A stretch of DNA of 64,000 nucleotides from NCBI GenBank assembly GCA_044892525.1, contig CM097885.1, positions 38,628,001 to 38,692,000 of the forward strand, written 5' to 3'. This document shows positions 11,102 through 46,788 of this stretch, piece by piece. Made by a program: the position numbers and the translations under genes. The first letter of the stretch is position 1, and every line of letters begins with the position of its first letter. This DNA is from Schmidtea polychroa (Eukaryota). The notes under the pieces were generated by a model. It was not told the DNA's origin. It worked only from the letters and a program-made list of their open reading frames with translations, and made no database searches.

Positions 11102-13623
11102 ATGACAACGATAGCAGCAAATGAAACACTGAAGGTTATAAAAATTCATGGATATAACGGGAATTTCAAACTTTACAAAAGTGATTTATTAACTGTTATG
11201 TACGTTGGGTCCGGTACGGTGGAGAAAATTAAATGCCATCGCAAGGCAATTGTTAATTTTAAATGCAAAGTTGGGGAATTAAAACAAAAAGAGTTAAAAA
11301 TTGTTATTCTAGTAAATTTATGTGAAAATTTAATTTTAGTGAAATATTATGTGAATTATCGGACTGTTTACACAGTTGCGTAATTGCTGGAGCCTGCGGT
11401 TTATGCTGTTTGCCAGTCGAAATGTAATTTATTATCAAAATGGAATTTTATTATTAATTTGTATTTCTTCAGAACTAATCATAAAAATGGTAAGATTGAA
11501 TCATCTCACTGTAACATGTACGCAATGGTCCATTCCAATAAAGGTCTGGTAATAAATGAACAAGGAGCAATGGAAATTGCTTCAAAGGATTTGATTAAGT
11601 TAATAAAGAAACGAAAATTGTCATTGTTGGTTGATTTAGACTCGACGATTTTACATACAACCAGCAAAAATGTCTCACCAAACATGACTGATATTTTTCA
11701 TTTTCAGGTTCAATGCGAACCTAAATTCAGGTCTAACGTTATGAATATGCATACGAAATTTCGACCATTTTTGAAAGAGTTTTTGACGGAAATTAATTTG
11801 TATTTTGAAATGCATATTTACACATTTGGTAATAAATCGTACGCCACTAATATAGCAAAATATCTCGATCCGAAACAGGAATTATTCGGAAACAGAATTA
11901 TCTCTAAAGATGATTCGTTTAACGCACTGAAGAAAAGTGATAATTTGAAATCACTTTTCCCTAAAGGTGATAAAATGGTTTGCATAATGGATGATAGATT
12001 GGACGTTTGGGATGATGCTCCGAATTGTATTCTTGTACAACCTTATAATTATTTTCCTGACGAGGGTGATATTAATGACCCTTATAAAGCAAAAACTAAA
12101 AAAGACGAGAATAAAAATTCAGACGATCAGCTAAATACGGAAATCAACTGTGACTTGCCGGACAGAGATAGATATCTTTTGAGTTTAACTAAAATTTTAA
12201 AAAATATTCACAGCAACTTTTATTTTGAAATTGATCAATTACTTAAAACTAAAACTATTGAAGAAATCATTTCTGAAGATTTAACACCGGACACCAAGAA
12301 AATTATGACAGACATGAGATCAAAAATTTTGAAAGGTTGTTTTGTAAGCTTTTCAGGTATCATCCCAATAAAGCAAGATTTGAATGATAATTTTGAATTT
12401 CAAATGCTGAAAAAACTTGGTGGTCACTATATGCATCACGTTAAGTTACCATCACTGGAACTAGAACAAAACTCAATGTAATTATTTTATTTAAATATTA
12501 TACTCTTCCATATAACGAAAAAAAACATTAGGACATGACAATAATAATTGCTTTTATAAAACTTCACAATATTTCCACCTCTCTCACTTGAGGTTGGTGT
12601 TTCAAAGTTATGTCATAGAAATTTACAAAATAAAAGGCAGCAATGTCGATGAGGAAGTGTTAACATATGAAAAAAAACAATTTATAATTAATTTTAAGTT
12701 CCTTGATAAAATTCCTTTATAGCTTCAATGGATGTTAGTAAAATCTTTCGCAAATAAATTAAAATTTGACACAAATAATTTGATTTGATTTAAGAATCAA
12801 TTAATAAAATGAGCAGAAAAATGAACATATGATAAATCGTTATACAAATATTTCTTATTTTCTTTAGAATCAAAACTTTTTCTCTCATTTTCTTTATATT
12901 CAATATGGATAACATAAAAAAATTTTTAATGCTTTTAGTATAAATTCAAATAATAAATTAAATTTTTACTAGTGAAACGAAATTTACAACTCATTTGGTG
13001 TGCAAAATTATTGGAACGAGTAAAATGAACCAATCAGTTAGCTACATATCAGCGGTCAATAATCTAATCAAAATCAAATCCGAAAATCTCCCGAAATCTA
13101 TCCACAAAATTCATATTCTCAAATATGATTGGCTGTGGCAAACTTACTTCTTTTGGCAAAAAGTCAGCGAAAAAGATTTTCTAATTATGCAAAATCTTGA
13201 AATATTACCATTACCAGAAGGGTATTCTGAAATGAAATTTATTGAGAATTTGAAGTGTAATAAAAATAAACTACCAGATAGTGACGAAATTATTGAGTAA
13301 TTTTGATATTTGCCAATAATTTGATTACGTAATTATATAGGGCTAAACGACAAAAGTTTGATGAATGTCAAATTAAAATTGAAAGAGATGATATTCCATT
13401 TGAAATTACTGAAGAAGATTTAAGAGCCCTTGACGAGCTGGATGATGACAGTTTCCATGAATCCGAAGACAAGACTAATTCAATATCAACTGATGAACGC
13501 GAGGATGACATTTTAGAAGATTTAATGGATAATAACACAAATTCCGAAATTGAACCTTTATTTGAAGAGAATAGTAAAGAGCCTATTATTGATTTAACGG
13601 AAACAGACGAAGAGAGCGATTAA
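11102..13623 (+). CDS. CTDP1: RNA polymerase II CTD phosphatase FCP1/CTDP1-like, 5 exons (11102-11292, 11340-11423, 11473-12477, 12973-13296, 13341-13623; ~628 aa)
   Basis: Motifs CLHSCVIAGACGLC (FCP1 N-terminal Cys/His motif), LSLLVDLDSTILHTT (HAD DxDxT), KFRPFLKEFL, MHIYTFG..YA, MDDRLDVW, a BRCT region (VSFSGIIP...TTHLV...YDWL) and an acidic tail. All four GT-AG introns keep the frame. Confidence 0.88.
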
Positions 13624-15340
13624 TTTCTATTTTGAATTTTTTTGTGAATATTTTTTGTAAATATTTCAGAAACAAATTATTTTATAAATAAGATGTGACT
13701 TTAGATGATTGTTTTCCTATTTTATATCTTTTATCTTTAAACACGTAAAAATAATTGGGGTTTGAACCGTAAATTGGTCCAAAAACAAAATAATTAGATG
13801 TAAAAATATATTAAAAATAAAATAATAAGTCAAATGCGTTTCAACCCTTGATATCCTGAACTCTGATATTTAATCATTTTCTTGTGAGAAATAAGACAAT
13901 TCAAACCAAAACAGCGAAATCTAAAAATTATTCCACGTTTCATTTTACATTCTTCTCCAAATTTTTAATGTTTAATCACCAATCTTCAAAGGTCAGAAAG
14001 GAAAATATAAAGCTTTCTGAAAGGGACTTTAATCGGAAAATTCAGGTTACTCAGAGAAATTCGGCTTCCTTGTTATATAAAATAATAATGCATTGGCGTT
14101 CTAGGAGGTTTTTTGATTGTGTTATCATTAAGGAGTAACGCCTAGAAGGCCAAACACGATTATTTCAGACAACCGACTGTAATACAGTCACGGTATACAC
14201 GCGGGTGTGAAGCCCGTTGGTACTAAATGCGGAGTACAGGTTAGCTGGCTTAATCCGATTCACGCGTCACTCATTCCTCAACAAACAGGGCAGCCGCTAG
14301 AACGGCTTACGTCTACATAAACTGATGATTCGCTACACTAAAGATCTATAGATCTTGGGGGAGAGACAGATAAGATTCAGTAGATTTTGATCTACGATGA
14401 AATAAACAAAACTAGAAATTCTCTCGCTCATAATCAACAAGACAAAAAAACTAAAAAAAATTATTAAATTTTCACTACGACAATGAGTAGTTTGTACTTT
14501 ACAATCACATTACCTCATAAAAATTGGGGTCATCCAGATCTGCATTGTGGTAGTCTGGTATACGGCCGTTTGAGGTGTGAAGGAGCCAAGACAGCTAGTT
14601 CGGCTAGCCACAGGGCTTTAGCTCGTTGTCGGCGCATTCGGCGGGTCCAGGTGTAATGTTTTCGACTCTTTTTTGGTACGGCTTCTACAACAAGTGTGAG
14701 AGGATTGACAGACGTGCTCATGGCCAAATTTTCTCTTACTCATATATTTCTTGACTTGATTATATATATTTACTGAATCACTTGAGATATTTATGGACGT
14801 TACTAATTATTTTTAATTATCTGTTTATCAAATATGCAATTTTACTATATTGAAATAACCTGCCTATATACATATGTTGAAACAAAATGCAAATTATCTA
14901 TAAATTTTTGAATTGTGGCCCTTTCGGCATTAGATTTTATCTCTTATTCATTTTCCTATCGAAATAATTATGGTTGTCTTAGTGCGTCCATCTATCACTA
15001 TTCTGACCCTGAAAACTTATTAAAAATCGGTCTACTTAAAATTGCTTTACCTTACTGAGTTCCCCGAGACAGATTTTCTTTACCTTACTTTTCGAAAATT
15101 GTATTACAGCGCATTTTGATTTATTCTACCACTCACTTGAACGGGAATGTTCTAGAGGCACCATACATGGAGTTTCCTCCGCCTGGCCGATCTGACGGTC
15201 AACCAGATTTTCTATCTCGAAGTATGACACCGAGACAGACTACGTACACCACTAGGTCTCCAATATATCAGCTAACCAAATGGTTTATTTCCCTGCCGCA
15301 CTCGGCACGCTTCAGAACCAGAACGAGGATGTATTAAGGC

Positions 15341-16490
15341 CAGGCCCGTACCGTCAGGGGGGCCCAGGAGAGCCCGCCCCCCAAATATAAAAACGGACAT
15401 GAATAAAAAATGATGGTTTTACTTCAAGGTGAAAATGAAATAAACAATTACATTTATTCATGTACCATAAATGATCTAATAAGCACTATATAATGGGCCG
15501 AATCCTATAGAAACCTTTTAATTAAAGTCAGAGCATAGTTTTAAATTTCACTAAATAAAAACTTTCTCGTATCCTAATTAACTGAGACTTAATCATTTTC
15601 TTAAGTTAAAAAAGATTCTCTAACAAAACTTTCAATGGGTGGTGAGGTCTTTTAAATTAGTAAAGCAATGTTACATGTCGCGAAATCTCTCAGGTGTGTA
15701 CGGAATTCCAACCCCGGAGTGTGTCTATAAATTTCCCCAAATCGTTAAAGAGTAGTGCTGGACAATTAAAATATTAGCCTCACAGGATTGCTTAACACCA
15801 AATGTTAACAGCGCAACAATTGTCGATACCAAACGTTGTCGACAACAGTTGCTCTAATGTGAATCACTGCATTACATTCAATATGTTTGATAAAAGAAAA
15901 ATTGCTATCGTGCACACATGCATTGACATGGGTGTGCATGAGTTGCACATGTAGAGGTTTATGTAGTATGGACGGGGGTAGGATGTTCCATCTATCTGCC
16001 TCACTGGAAGAGACTGGCATGTGAAGTCGGTGGCGTGGGTAGGGTGCGTGCTGTCTGATAAGCTTCCGTGTGGTCTATTTTTACGTCTCTTCGAATACAC
16101 TGTTAAGAAAAATCCTGAGCTGGCTCGAATCATTAAAACGATTCCCAAAATTGCCACGTACACATCACCTCGAATTCAAAATGAAATTATCGCGTTAATG
16201 GCATCAATAGTGCAAGAGTCAATTGTTAAGAAGTGCAAGTCTGCGGATGTTGAATATTTTACTCTGAAGGTGGATGGTACCAAAGATCGAACAGGGACTG
16301 AGAATGTGTCGATTGCCATAAGGTTTGTCTCAGCAGGACAACCTCAGGAGCACTTAATCTGCACTTCCCGAACAATTGCTCTCAATGCAGAGGCCTTCAC
16401 AGATGTAATTTTGACAACCTTGAAAGAGGCTCAGTTGGATCCGAAAAATATAATTTCCCAATGCTATGATGGAGCCGCTGTTATGTCAAA
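15341..16490 (+). mobile_element. hAT (ZMYM1/DUF4371-type) element, left end and transposase fragment
   Basis: The left terminus CAGGCCCGTACCGTC is shared with the copy at 56306. ORF 16021-16512 reads YTSPRIQNEII...FTLKVDGTKD...SQCYDGAAVMS and is near-identical to 56730-57042. Confidence 0.9.
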
Positions 16491-17083
16491 CAATTCACAT
16501 TTAACTAAATAAGTGACTCACCAAAAAAAGTGTTTGTTTAATAGATGTATATTTTATTATTTTAAATATATTTTTTGCGGTGTAATTGATTATGTTCGCT
16601 GTTCTAACAAACTTATTTTAAATACTTTTAATTAATTGCCTACATTTTTAATTACTGACCTTCTGACCCAACAAATCTAAAATGTGTAATAATGATGATA
16701 TTCCTAAAAGAATTTGACCTAGTACGAAAGGGACTTGATCCCTATAGGTGTCACAAAATATCACTTGACACGAAAACAAATTTATGTAAACTTTCTGTAA
16801 GCTTTGTACTTATGTTTGGTATTACAAAAACTTCACTTCAGCCAAGATACACGAAAACTAATCTTTAGCTTTCAAATTTCAGCATTTATTGTATATGAAC
16901 GATGAGTCTGAATAATTAAGTTAAAAGTTTTATGAAAGGGACATTTTAGGATCAGCTATTAAGAAATTCGTGTTTCTCAGAATATTAGATCTCAAGCCCG
17001 TTACGCATTACCAACCTGGCTATAGCTATGGTGACCACCTTTTTCGATGACGCTAAACTCCAACATATTGCTGGTCATTGGGC

Positions 17084-17900
17084 TGTTGATAATATTTAAA
17101 GGTTACCAATCAAATCTCTGACTTCAAAGCGTGCTTTATTTGGTCCAAAAAATAACAATTCTCAGAAAATATAAACCTTTATTGATTATCACAATTGATT
17201 CAACAAATTATAACAACACAATCTATTCACTACTCAAATAGATAATTACAGAGTTTATTACGACACTATATTAGGAATATCCCGACTCGTATCATTTCCA
17301 ATTACTGAACAGCCGCTGATCTGACTCAATAGTTTGGTAAATTTAATTGATTTTTTTTTATTATTATAAATCTTTCTTATTGAACTCAAATATAGGCACC
17401 GTTTATTTCAATTTACCTTTTTATCCTTCTTTAGAATTTTTAATTACTCACTTTTAATTTCTCTAATTTCCAATTTCTCTAATTTTCTCTACTGTTTAAT
17501 TCCGAATTATTTCTCTTTTTAATTTTTCGCTCTTTGCCGCAACTTGTGATAATTGATTTTTTCATTTCGTCTCTCTATAATTCCCCTGACAGCTCGGCAA
17601 GCAGGATAATTTGTCATTTTTCCATTTCTGCTTCTGGAATTTCCCATCTTATCTCTGAAAGTTCGGAGACGCCGATTTTGTTTTCCAATTTTGAAATTTC
17701 TTTTTGCTTTCTTGCATTTATTAATTATAAGTGACCTTTCTCCGCTTTATTGTTGATTTTCTTTTGTTTTGTTATACCTTCCTCATTTCTAAATTTTTCC
17801 TTTCTGTTTTCTTCAAGTTTCAGAATGAATGCCTTCCAAATCACCTTATCGATTTTCCCCAAAGTTATTATAATTATTTACTATTTAGGCATCCTCAACA
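17084..17900. mobile_element. Deleted LTR-like element related to 46789-50380
   Basis: TGTTG...CAACA termini. Both ends resemble the larger copy (AAGCGTG, AAATAACAATT, CTTTATTGA.TATCACAA; TATTTAGG.ATC.TCAACA). No matching TSD. Confidence 0.55.
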
Positions 17901-19671
17901 ATATTGAACTCATCAGATGCTAGTTTTTTCAAGAACCATGAATCAGTAATTTAACTGAACGGAAATAACGTTTGTGAATATAAAATTTCGTCATGTTCTA
18001 AATATTTTCTTTTGATAAGATTGTTATGGATAAGATTAATTATGGATTCCATAAATCATGCTATAGAGGTAAAATTTCAGAAAACATGAATGTCACATAT
18101 TTACGAATGTATTTCAAAAAAATTATTTAAATTGATTACTATTATCCCTTAAAAATGGAGATTATTTGTTTAAATTGCTCATAGAAGAAACTAGTATTCA
18201 AAATTCTACTTTAATCAATAAATTTTACATTTAATTTTATATGAATTAAGTAATCATTGTAATAAATTATCATTTTTTACTAATAATACTTTATTTTTAT
18301 AAAAGTTAAATTTATCATTGGATGAAAACGTCAAATATCGGATCTACTAAAGAAGTAATTCTATATAATTTTTATTTTAAGCCAAATAAAATTCATTTAA
18401 TACAATAATCTATTTTAAGTTATTTAATTTAATAATATTTTTTTTAAATGTAGTCTTGTAAATTTATAATGTGAAACTAATGCGAAATATTAATTTATTC
18501 GGTCTAAGATTAGAATGTTGTATTTAGGATATCTTAGAAATTTTTATTGTAAAATGAATAATGGGATATTTTATATGTTATATTACTTGAATATTAAACA
18601 GAGTAAACTATTTAATTTAATGTTGAGATGTCTTATCTAATTGAAGCAATCTTATCTTACAATGATCAAAAATGCAAAGTGTACAAGTATAAAATACTAT
18701 TATGCCATTCATGAAAACATTTTAAAACAAATTTTAAGATTTCGAAATAATTAAAAGTGAGAAATGGAGTATATTTTTTTAGTTTATTAACCTTAATCTT
18801 CTATTGATTCTTTTACGACTAGATTCTCATCACATTTCTAACTATTGAACAATTTCAATATTTCTTTACCGTTGAATGTGTAGGCATAACAAATATTTCG
18901 AAATGTGTTATAAAACAGTAATTTGGAATGGAATAAATAAATTAGCAAAATTGTATATCCTTAATAAAATTTAAAAATATTTCTTGGTTTTATTTTGTAG
19001 TTACCCATTATTTCTCAACTTCCGGTTCACTACACTACCAACTTTCCCTTTTTTTTCTTTTCACCTTAAATATTTTCATTATAACTAGTGATAATATATG
19101 CATATTATTATCTATCTAACTAAATATCCTTTGTCGGATACTGTGACTATTTCATGCTATTAGATTAATTATATATACAAAATTTTTCTAATAATTACTG
19201 TTACTTTATTGCATATTGTCGTCCACCGACTAAATGTGTTAATATCCTAATATTTGTATGGACACGGGAGGCGTGTTCAATGAATGTGTTAGTATGAAAA
19301 TAAAGCTTGTTATATAATATGTACTATCTAATTTATTTATTAAAATTTTATTTAAAAACATAACTTAAATAATCAAATTGACTGAATCAATTTCTGTATT
19401 CAAATCAAATACTTATCAATCAAGTTTATTATTATTTTAAAAAATTTTGAATTTTTTATTTTCTAATAATTTTGTTTCCATTATTTTTTCTTTGCTTTTA
19501 AATTCAACAATAACAATTTAATAATTATTTCCTTTAAAAAGAAATCATGAAATATTCTAATATAAAAATTATAATTGATGTGGCTATGGAAACTGACAAC
19601 AAAATGTGTTTAAGTTGATAGCAGAAAATTTAAAATTTTGAATTTTACATCAGGTTTCGAATAGTTACGAT

Positions 19672-42204
<22,533 letters not shown>

Positions 42205-43699
42205 GACAGCATCATTCTCATTGGTTGAATTTCTACCCAAATCAACATATCTTTACTTGGTATTTTTTTCGCAAAAGGAATTTTCACATCATTTCCTGAT
42301 GAAAATTTTAGTGAAATTTTTCTTTTTCTTTAATAATAATTTATTTTTTATTTATCTAAATCATGTCTCTAATCGCGATGGTGATGATAGTGGTGATAGT
42401 CATTGATTGTGTTTTGATTTGTCTGTTTATTTTTTATTATATCATGAAAGCTTTTGTTTTGATTTACTACCTGCCGGTACTAATGGATCATGTACAATTT
42501 ATATTGTTGTTCACAGATTTCGTTGCAATCACTGTCTACATCGTTATGTCCAACTATAAATATATATTTCAATTGCTTTTCATTATATAAATAAATTTTA
42601 CTTTTTATTGGATTCTGTAAATTCGTGATTTTTTTTATTTTTCAATTTGATTTAAATAAAAAATTTAAAAAAATTAAATAAAAATCATATTTGTTTTAAA
42701 TTATCATTTGGACTAATTAAATGTTGTTACTAAAATTAGTAACTCAGAAAGATTTTGGAAAATACATACAAACAAGCACGGATGAGTCAATGAATTAGTG
42801 AATTTGCAGCACATGCGCGATTGGTGTTTTATTGAAGAAAAATCTAGCATGCAAACATGATATCTTACCTGGTGAGAGATGATTATGAATATCCTAACAA
42901 ATCGACTACTAGAATGTCTTATAAATACATACTAAGAAATAGTTTCTTAATTTCGATTAGTATTCAGATATTGGAATTTGTTTACTACTAGGTGAAGAAA
43001 TATTAATTTTATGGCAAACATTTGAAATGCAATGAAAAGTTGATCTAGTAACGGTTCTCGCCTGCTGATTGATTTTCAGTCACCTAACGTCAAAGGTTTA
43101 ATTGTCATGGATTCTTTGATAGTAGGAAATAAAATTGTCACAGAGACGTTTAGAGAAGAGCTGATGGATTGTCTTGGGTGATACGAACATTGAGTTAGAC
43201 ACATGAAGTTGATATTGGAAGATTGGATCAATAAAATAGGAAGTCAAAGATTACTTACAATACACAAACATGATCCAGTGAGTCTTATCAATATTAAGGC
43301 GGGCATAAAATTATTTGAGCTTTAAAGACCCTTTTCGAAATCGGAAAAATGTCCTCGTCTGGATGAGCACACATGATAATAAATATAAAACATTTAAGTA
43401 GCCCAAACTCTGGGCCACTGACGTGATTTTCAGGGTACGGGTCGATGTTGTCATCAGTAAACCAGATTTTTGATAAATTTTGATAAGTTCGATTAATTTT
43501 ATTAGTGTTTTTTGTGGTGTCTTCATCAGTCTCCTTAGAGATTGGAGTAGATTTTGAGACTGATGCAGGCACGCCCCTCCACTTCGTCTTGACCACTGTT
43601 TCCCTTGTCCTACTCGTTATTATTAGTAAGTTTTCATTTATTTTTGGCTTTTCTACTTCATCTGATTTCTCAAGGTTACGTCTAGTGTAATATTAAATT

Positions 43700-44850
43700 A
43701 TGGAGCAATACTGTTCTCCTTGGAGTGTGACTCCAGCAGCAGTGGTATTTTCAATGTAGTAAGGTTGAATGTTAATGTCATCGTTAGTTGAATTTAGCGA
43801 TTACAGGAGATCAGTTATTTTTACTACGAGATGTGTAACTTCCATATTAGAAATAACCTTCTCAACAGTTTCTAAAAGATTCTTTTCGTGACCTTTTGCC
43901 ATATCAAGAAAGGAGGGCAGTGAGCATATAACACAAAAGTATTTCCCTTCAGTACCATATTCTTTTTTAGTAAAGCTAATGTCCAATTAATGTCCCACTT
44001 ATCACAGATGCTCCATTATATGCCTGTCCTTTAAGATGTTTGCGCTGCCAGCCAAGTTCTTTAAACAGTGCCTTTTCAATGACACGGGTAATACCAATTA
44101 CACTGGCGTCAAAGACATGATTATATTTAACAAAATGTGCTACAATTTCCACTAACTTGTCAAGTCTGTCAAGATTTATAAATCTCAATAGCACCACCAT
44201 GTGATCTTTAAGACTTATGTCAGTTGTAGAATCAGCATTCACAGTTCAAAATTTGGCTTCCTTGCAAAGATCAACAATTTTGTCAAGTGTCATTTGTTCT
44301 TCAAAGATAGTTTTGCTCAGTTATTTAAAATGTTCCTTGTCTTCAAAATGTTGTTTGAGAAATGGATCGATTGTGCGTATGTTTCTTAATATTAATAAGT
44401 ACAAAGAATATGTATGACCACTAAGTGGCAACCCAAGACCTGTAAGTTCTCGTAGTAGTCCGACCTGATGATTAAGAACATATTTCCATTTTTGAACTTC
44501 TGAATTATTTGTTTTTTCAATGAAGCTCCTATCAACATGTTCTTATAGGCACAAACTGCTCTATGATGAATTTTTGATAAAGATTGTTTTTCAATGCTTT
44601 GGGAAATGTCCTTCCAATCATCCATTTCTTTGTCCATGGCGAGGTTCTGGCCCCTTCAACACCAAATAACCAACAATGATGACATTAACAATAATTACCT
44701 TTGTTAAATAAGCCAGTAATTGTGTACTCTTTCTTCAAGGTTTTTTTAAAAAAATTATTGTAACTGGTCTTGAATTTTCTAGAATTAGTAATGGGATAGT
44801 CTCCTGTAGGCATATCATTTCCAAATGTTGACAGCACCTCTTTCAACCTA
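43700..44850 (-). mobile_element. hAT (ZMYM1-type) transposase relic
   Basis: ADSTTDISLKDHMVVLLRFI...LKGQAYNGASVISG, with upstream WKD...SKIH (TTF zinc-finger-like) fragments. Confidence 0.75.
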
Positions 44851-46788
44851 AATGCTCAAGTATTAACCGTTGTATTTTTGTGATCAGATAAATTTGTATT
44901 GTTTGTGTAAGTGTGACAGTCGAATTACATTTTCTGGTATCATGTGTGAATACATCTGTAATATAGAGGATCATGGTGTTTTACCGTATTTTTAAACTAT
45001 TTTGCCAAGACAATGATTACAAGTCTGCTGTATGCATTAACAATCGTTTAAGATGCATTTAAGATATTTCTGCGTGTACTAGAGCTTCATGATATAGAAA
45101 TTCAATTTTCTCCTCGGTTTACCACCAAATTCCATATCCGCTGATGAATTCGCTTTAATTGTGTTCTTTATGTTTTGTTAAATTCGTGTTTTTTGTGAAA
45201 CATCTTGCTTTTGTAATTATTTTATTTTTACTTTTATGTTGCTAATTTTGGTGTTTGTTTTCTCTTATTTTTCTTTGTTTACTTGGTGTTTTGGTATGTT
45301 TGAATTTAAGTTCATTTAATGCTGTGTGTTTAGTGGTATTTGATTAATTCACTCTCGTCCAAAACCTTTCTTTATTTTTGGCAAATTAAATTTTTACCCA
45401 ACAATAACAACAAACGGGAAAATGAGTCAGCACACTGAATAACATCAAATCATTAGATGAAATAGGAATACAGTGAATAATGTCAAAAATCAAAAGTTAA
45501 AGTACGGAATAACGAATTTTATGAAATTCGAAAACAGTGGATAATATCAAAACAATAAAACATGACAAGACAACAAATAATATCAAAGTGAAGATGAAGT
45601 GAGTGACAAGGAAAACAGTGAAAGTCTCAGACAAGATAACAGTGGATAGTATCGAAACGGTAAACGAAATATAGGAACGATGAATAACTACAAAATATTA
45701 AAAATGGATGCGCAGAATCAGAGAAAATATAAATAATTGAATAATGGAAATAAGAGACAGTGAATAAAATCTGTTAATAATAACCAGTTAGTAATCTACA
45801 AATATTTATTTTTAATACAAAATACAAGTTATTGCCTAAATCTGGTATTATTAAAACACCCGATTTAAATGGCGAATTAATTAATTAAATAATAATGCTA
45901 ATTATGCGTGCCAGCTTTTATACTTATTATACTTTTACTTATAATATAATATATATTTTATTTATAAATTAATTATTTAAATATCCCTAACAAAATCAAA
46001 ATAGAAAAATGATGTAAGAAAACACTCAATAAAGTCAAATTCGTAGAAAGAGATAGAAATACAATAAATAATATCAGAATTGGAAATTAAGCACAGAGAC
46101 AATAAATAATAACGACATATTGAAAGCTGTAGTGTAGAATCGAGATATAAATCGAGACATAAATGATGAATAATTGATATACAAGGGCAATGAAAAACAT
46201 CAGACGATAAAATGTAATACTGGACAACAACGAAACCTTAAAGTAAGCCAGAAGGCACTGAATAACAACAAAAAGATCTAGGCAAGGACGTAGCTATTGA
46301 CATAGGGGTCATTTGCGCCCCACTCGAAATAAATTATAGATTAACAAATATAAATTAAGGATGAAATATTTTAAAACTTCAAAATTTTAATAACCTATCA
46401 AATTTTAACCTATTTCTATCAAAAAGATATTGATTGTAACAAAAAAACTCTTGAATATAAGTTTAAGCTGTGGTACAAAAAATTTGAAGAAATTAAAATC
46501 AAACAAACTACTGTTGTAGAAACATTAGCAATATGTGACCCAATTTTTAATGAAAATATTTATATTCTTCTTACAATATATGTTACTTTGCCGATATCAA
46601 CTTGCACAGCAGAGCGTTCTTTTTCATCAATTAAATGCCTGAAGTCATACTTAAGAAATATCATGGATGAAAAAATGTTTGGCTTTGATATTTATTCATC
46701 AAGACATTAAAATAAGTAGGGATGAAAGACTTTCTGAATTAATGAAGGGACGAAAACGAATTAATATTATATTGTAATATATTCTATG

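Noticed and set aside
45400..46280. A-rich region with recurring CAGTGAATAA-like words, resuming at ~50550-50900
   Set aside because: Too degenerate to define a unit or family by eye. Probably an old minisatellite or TE remnant.
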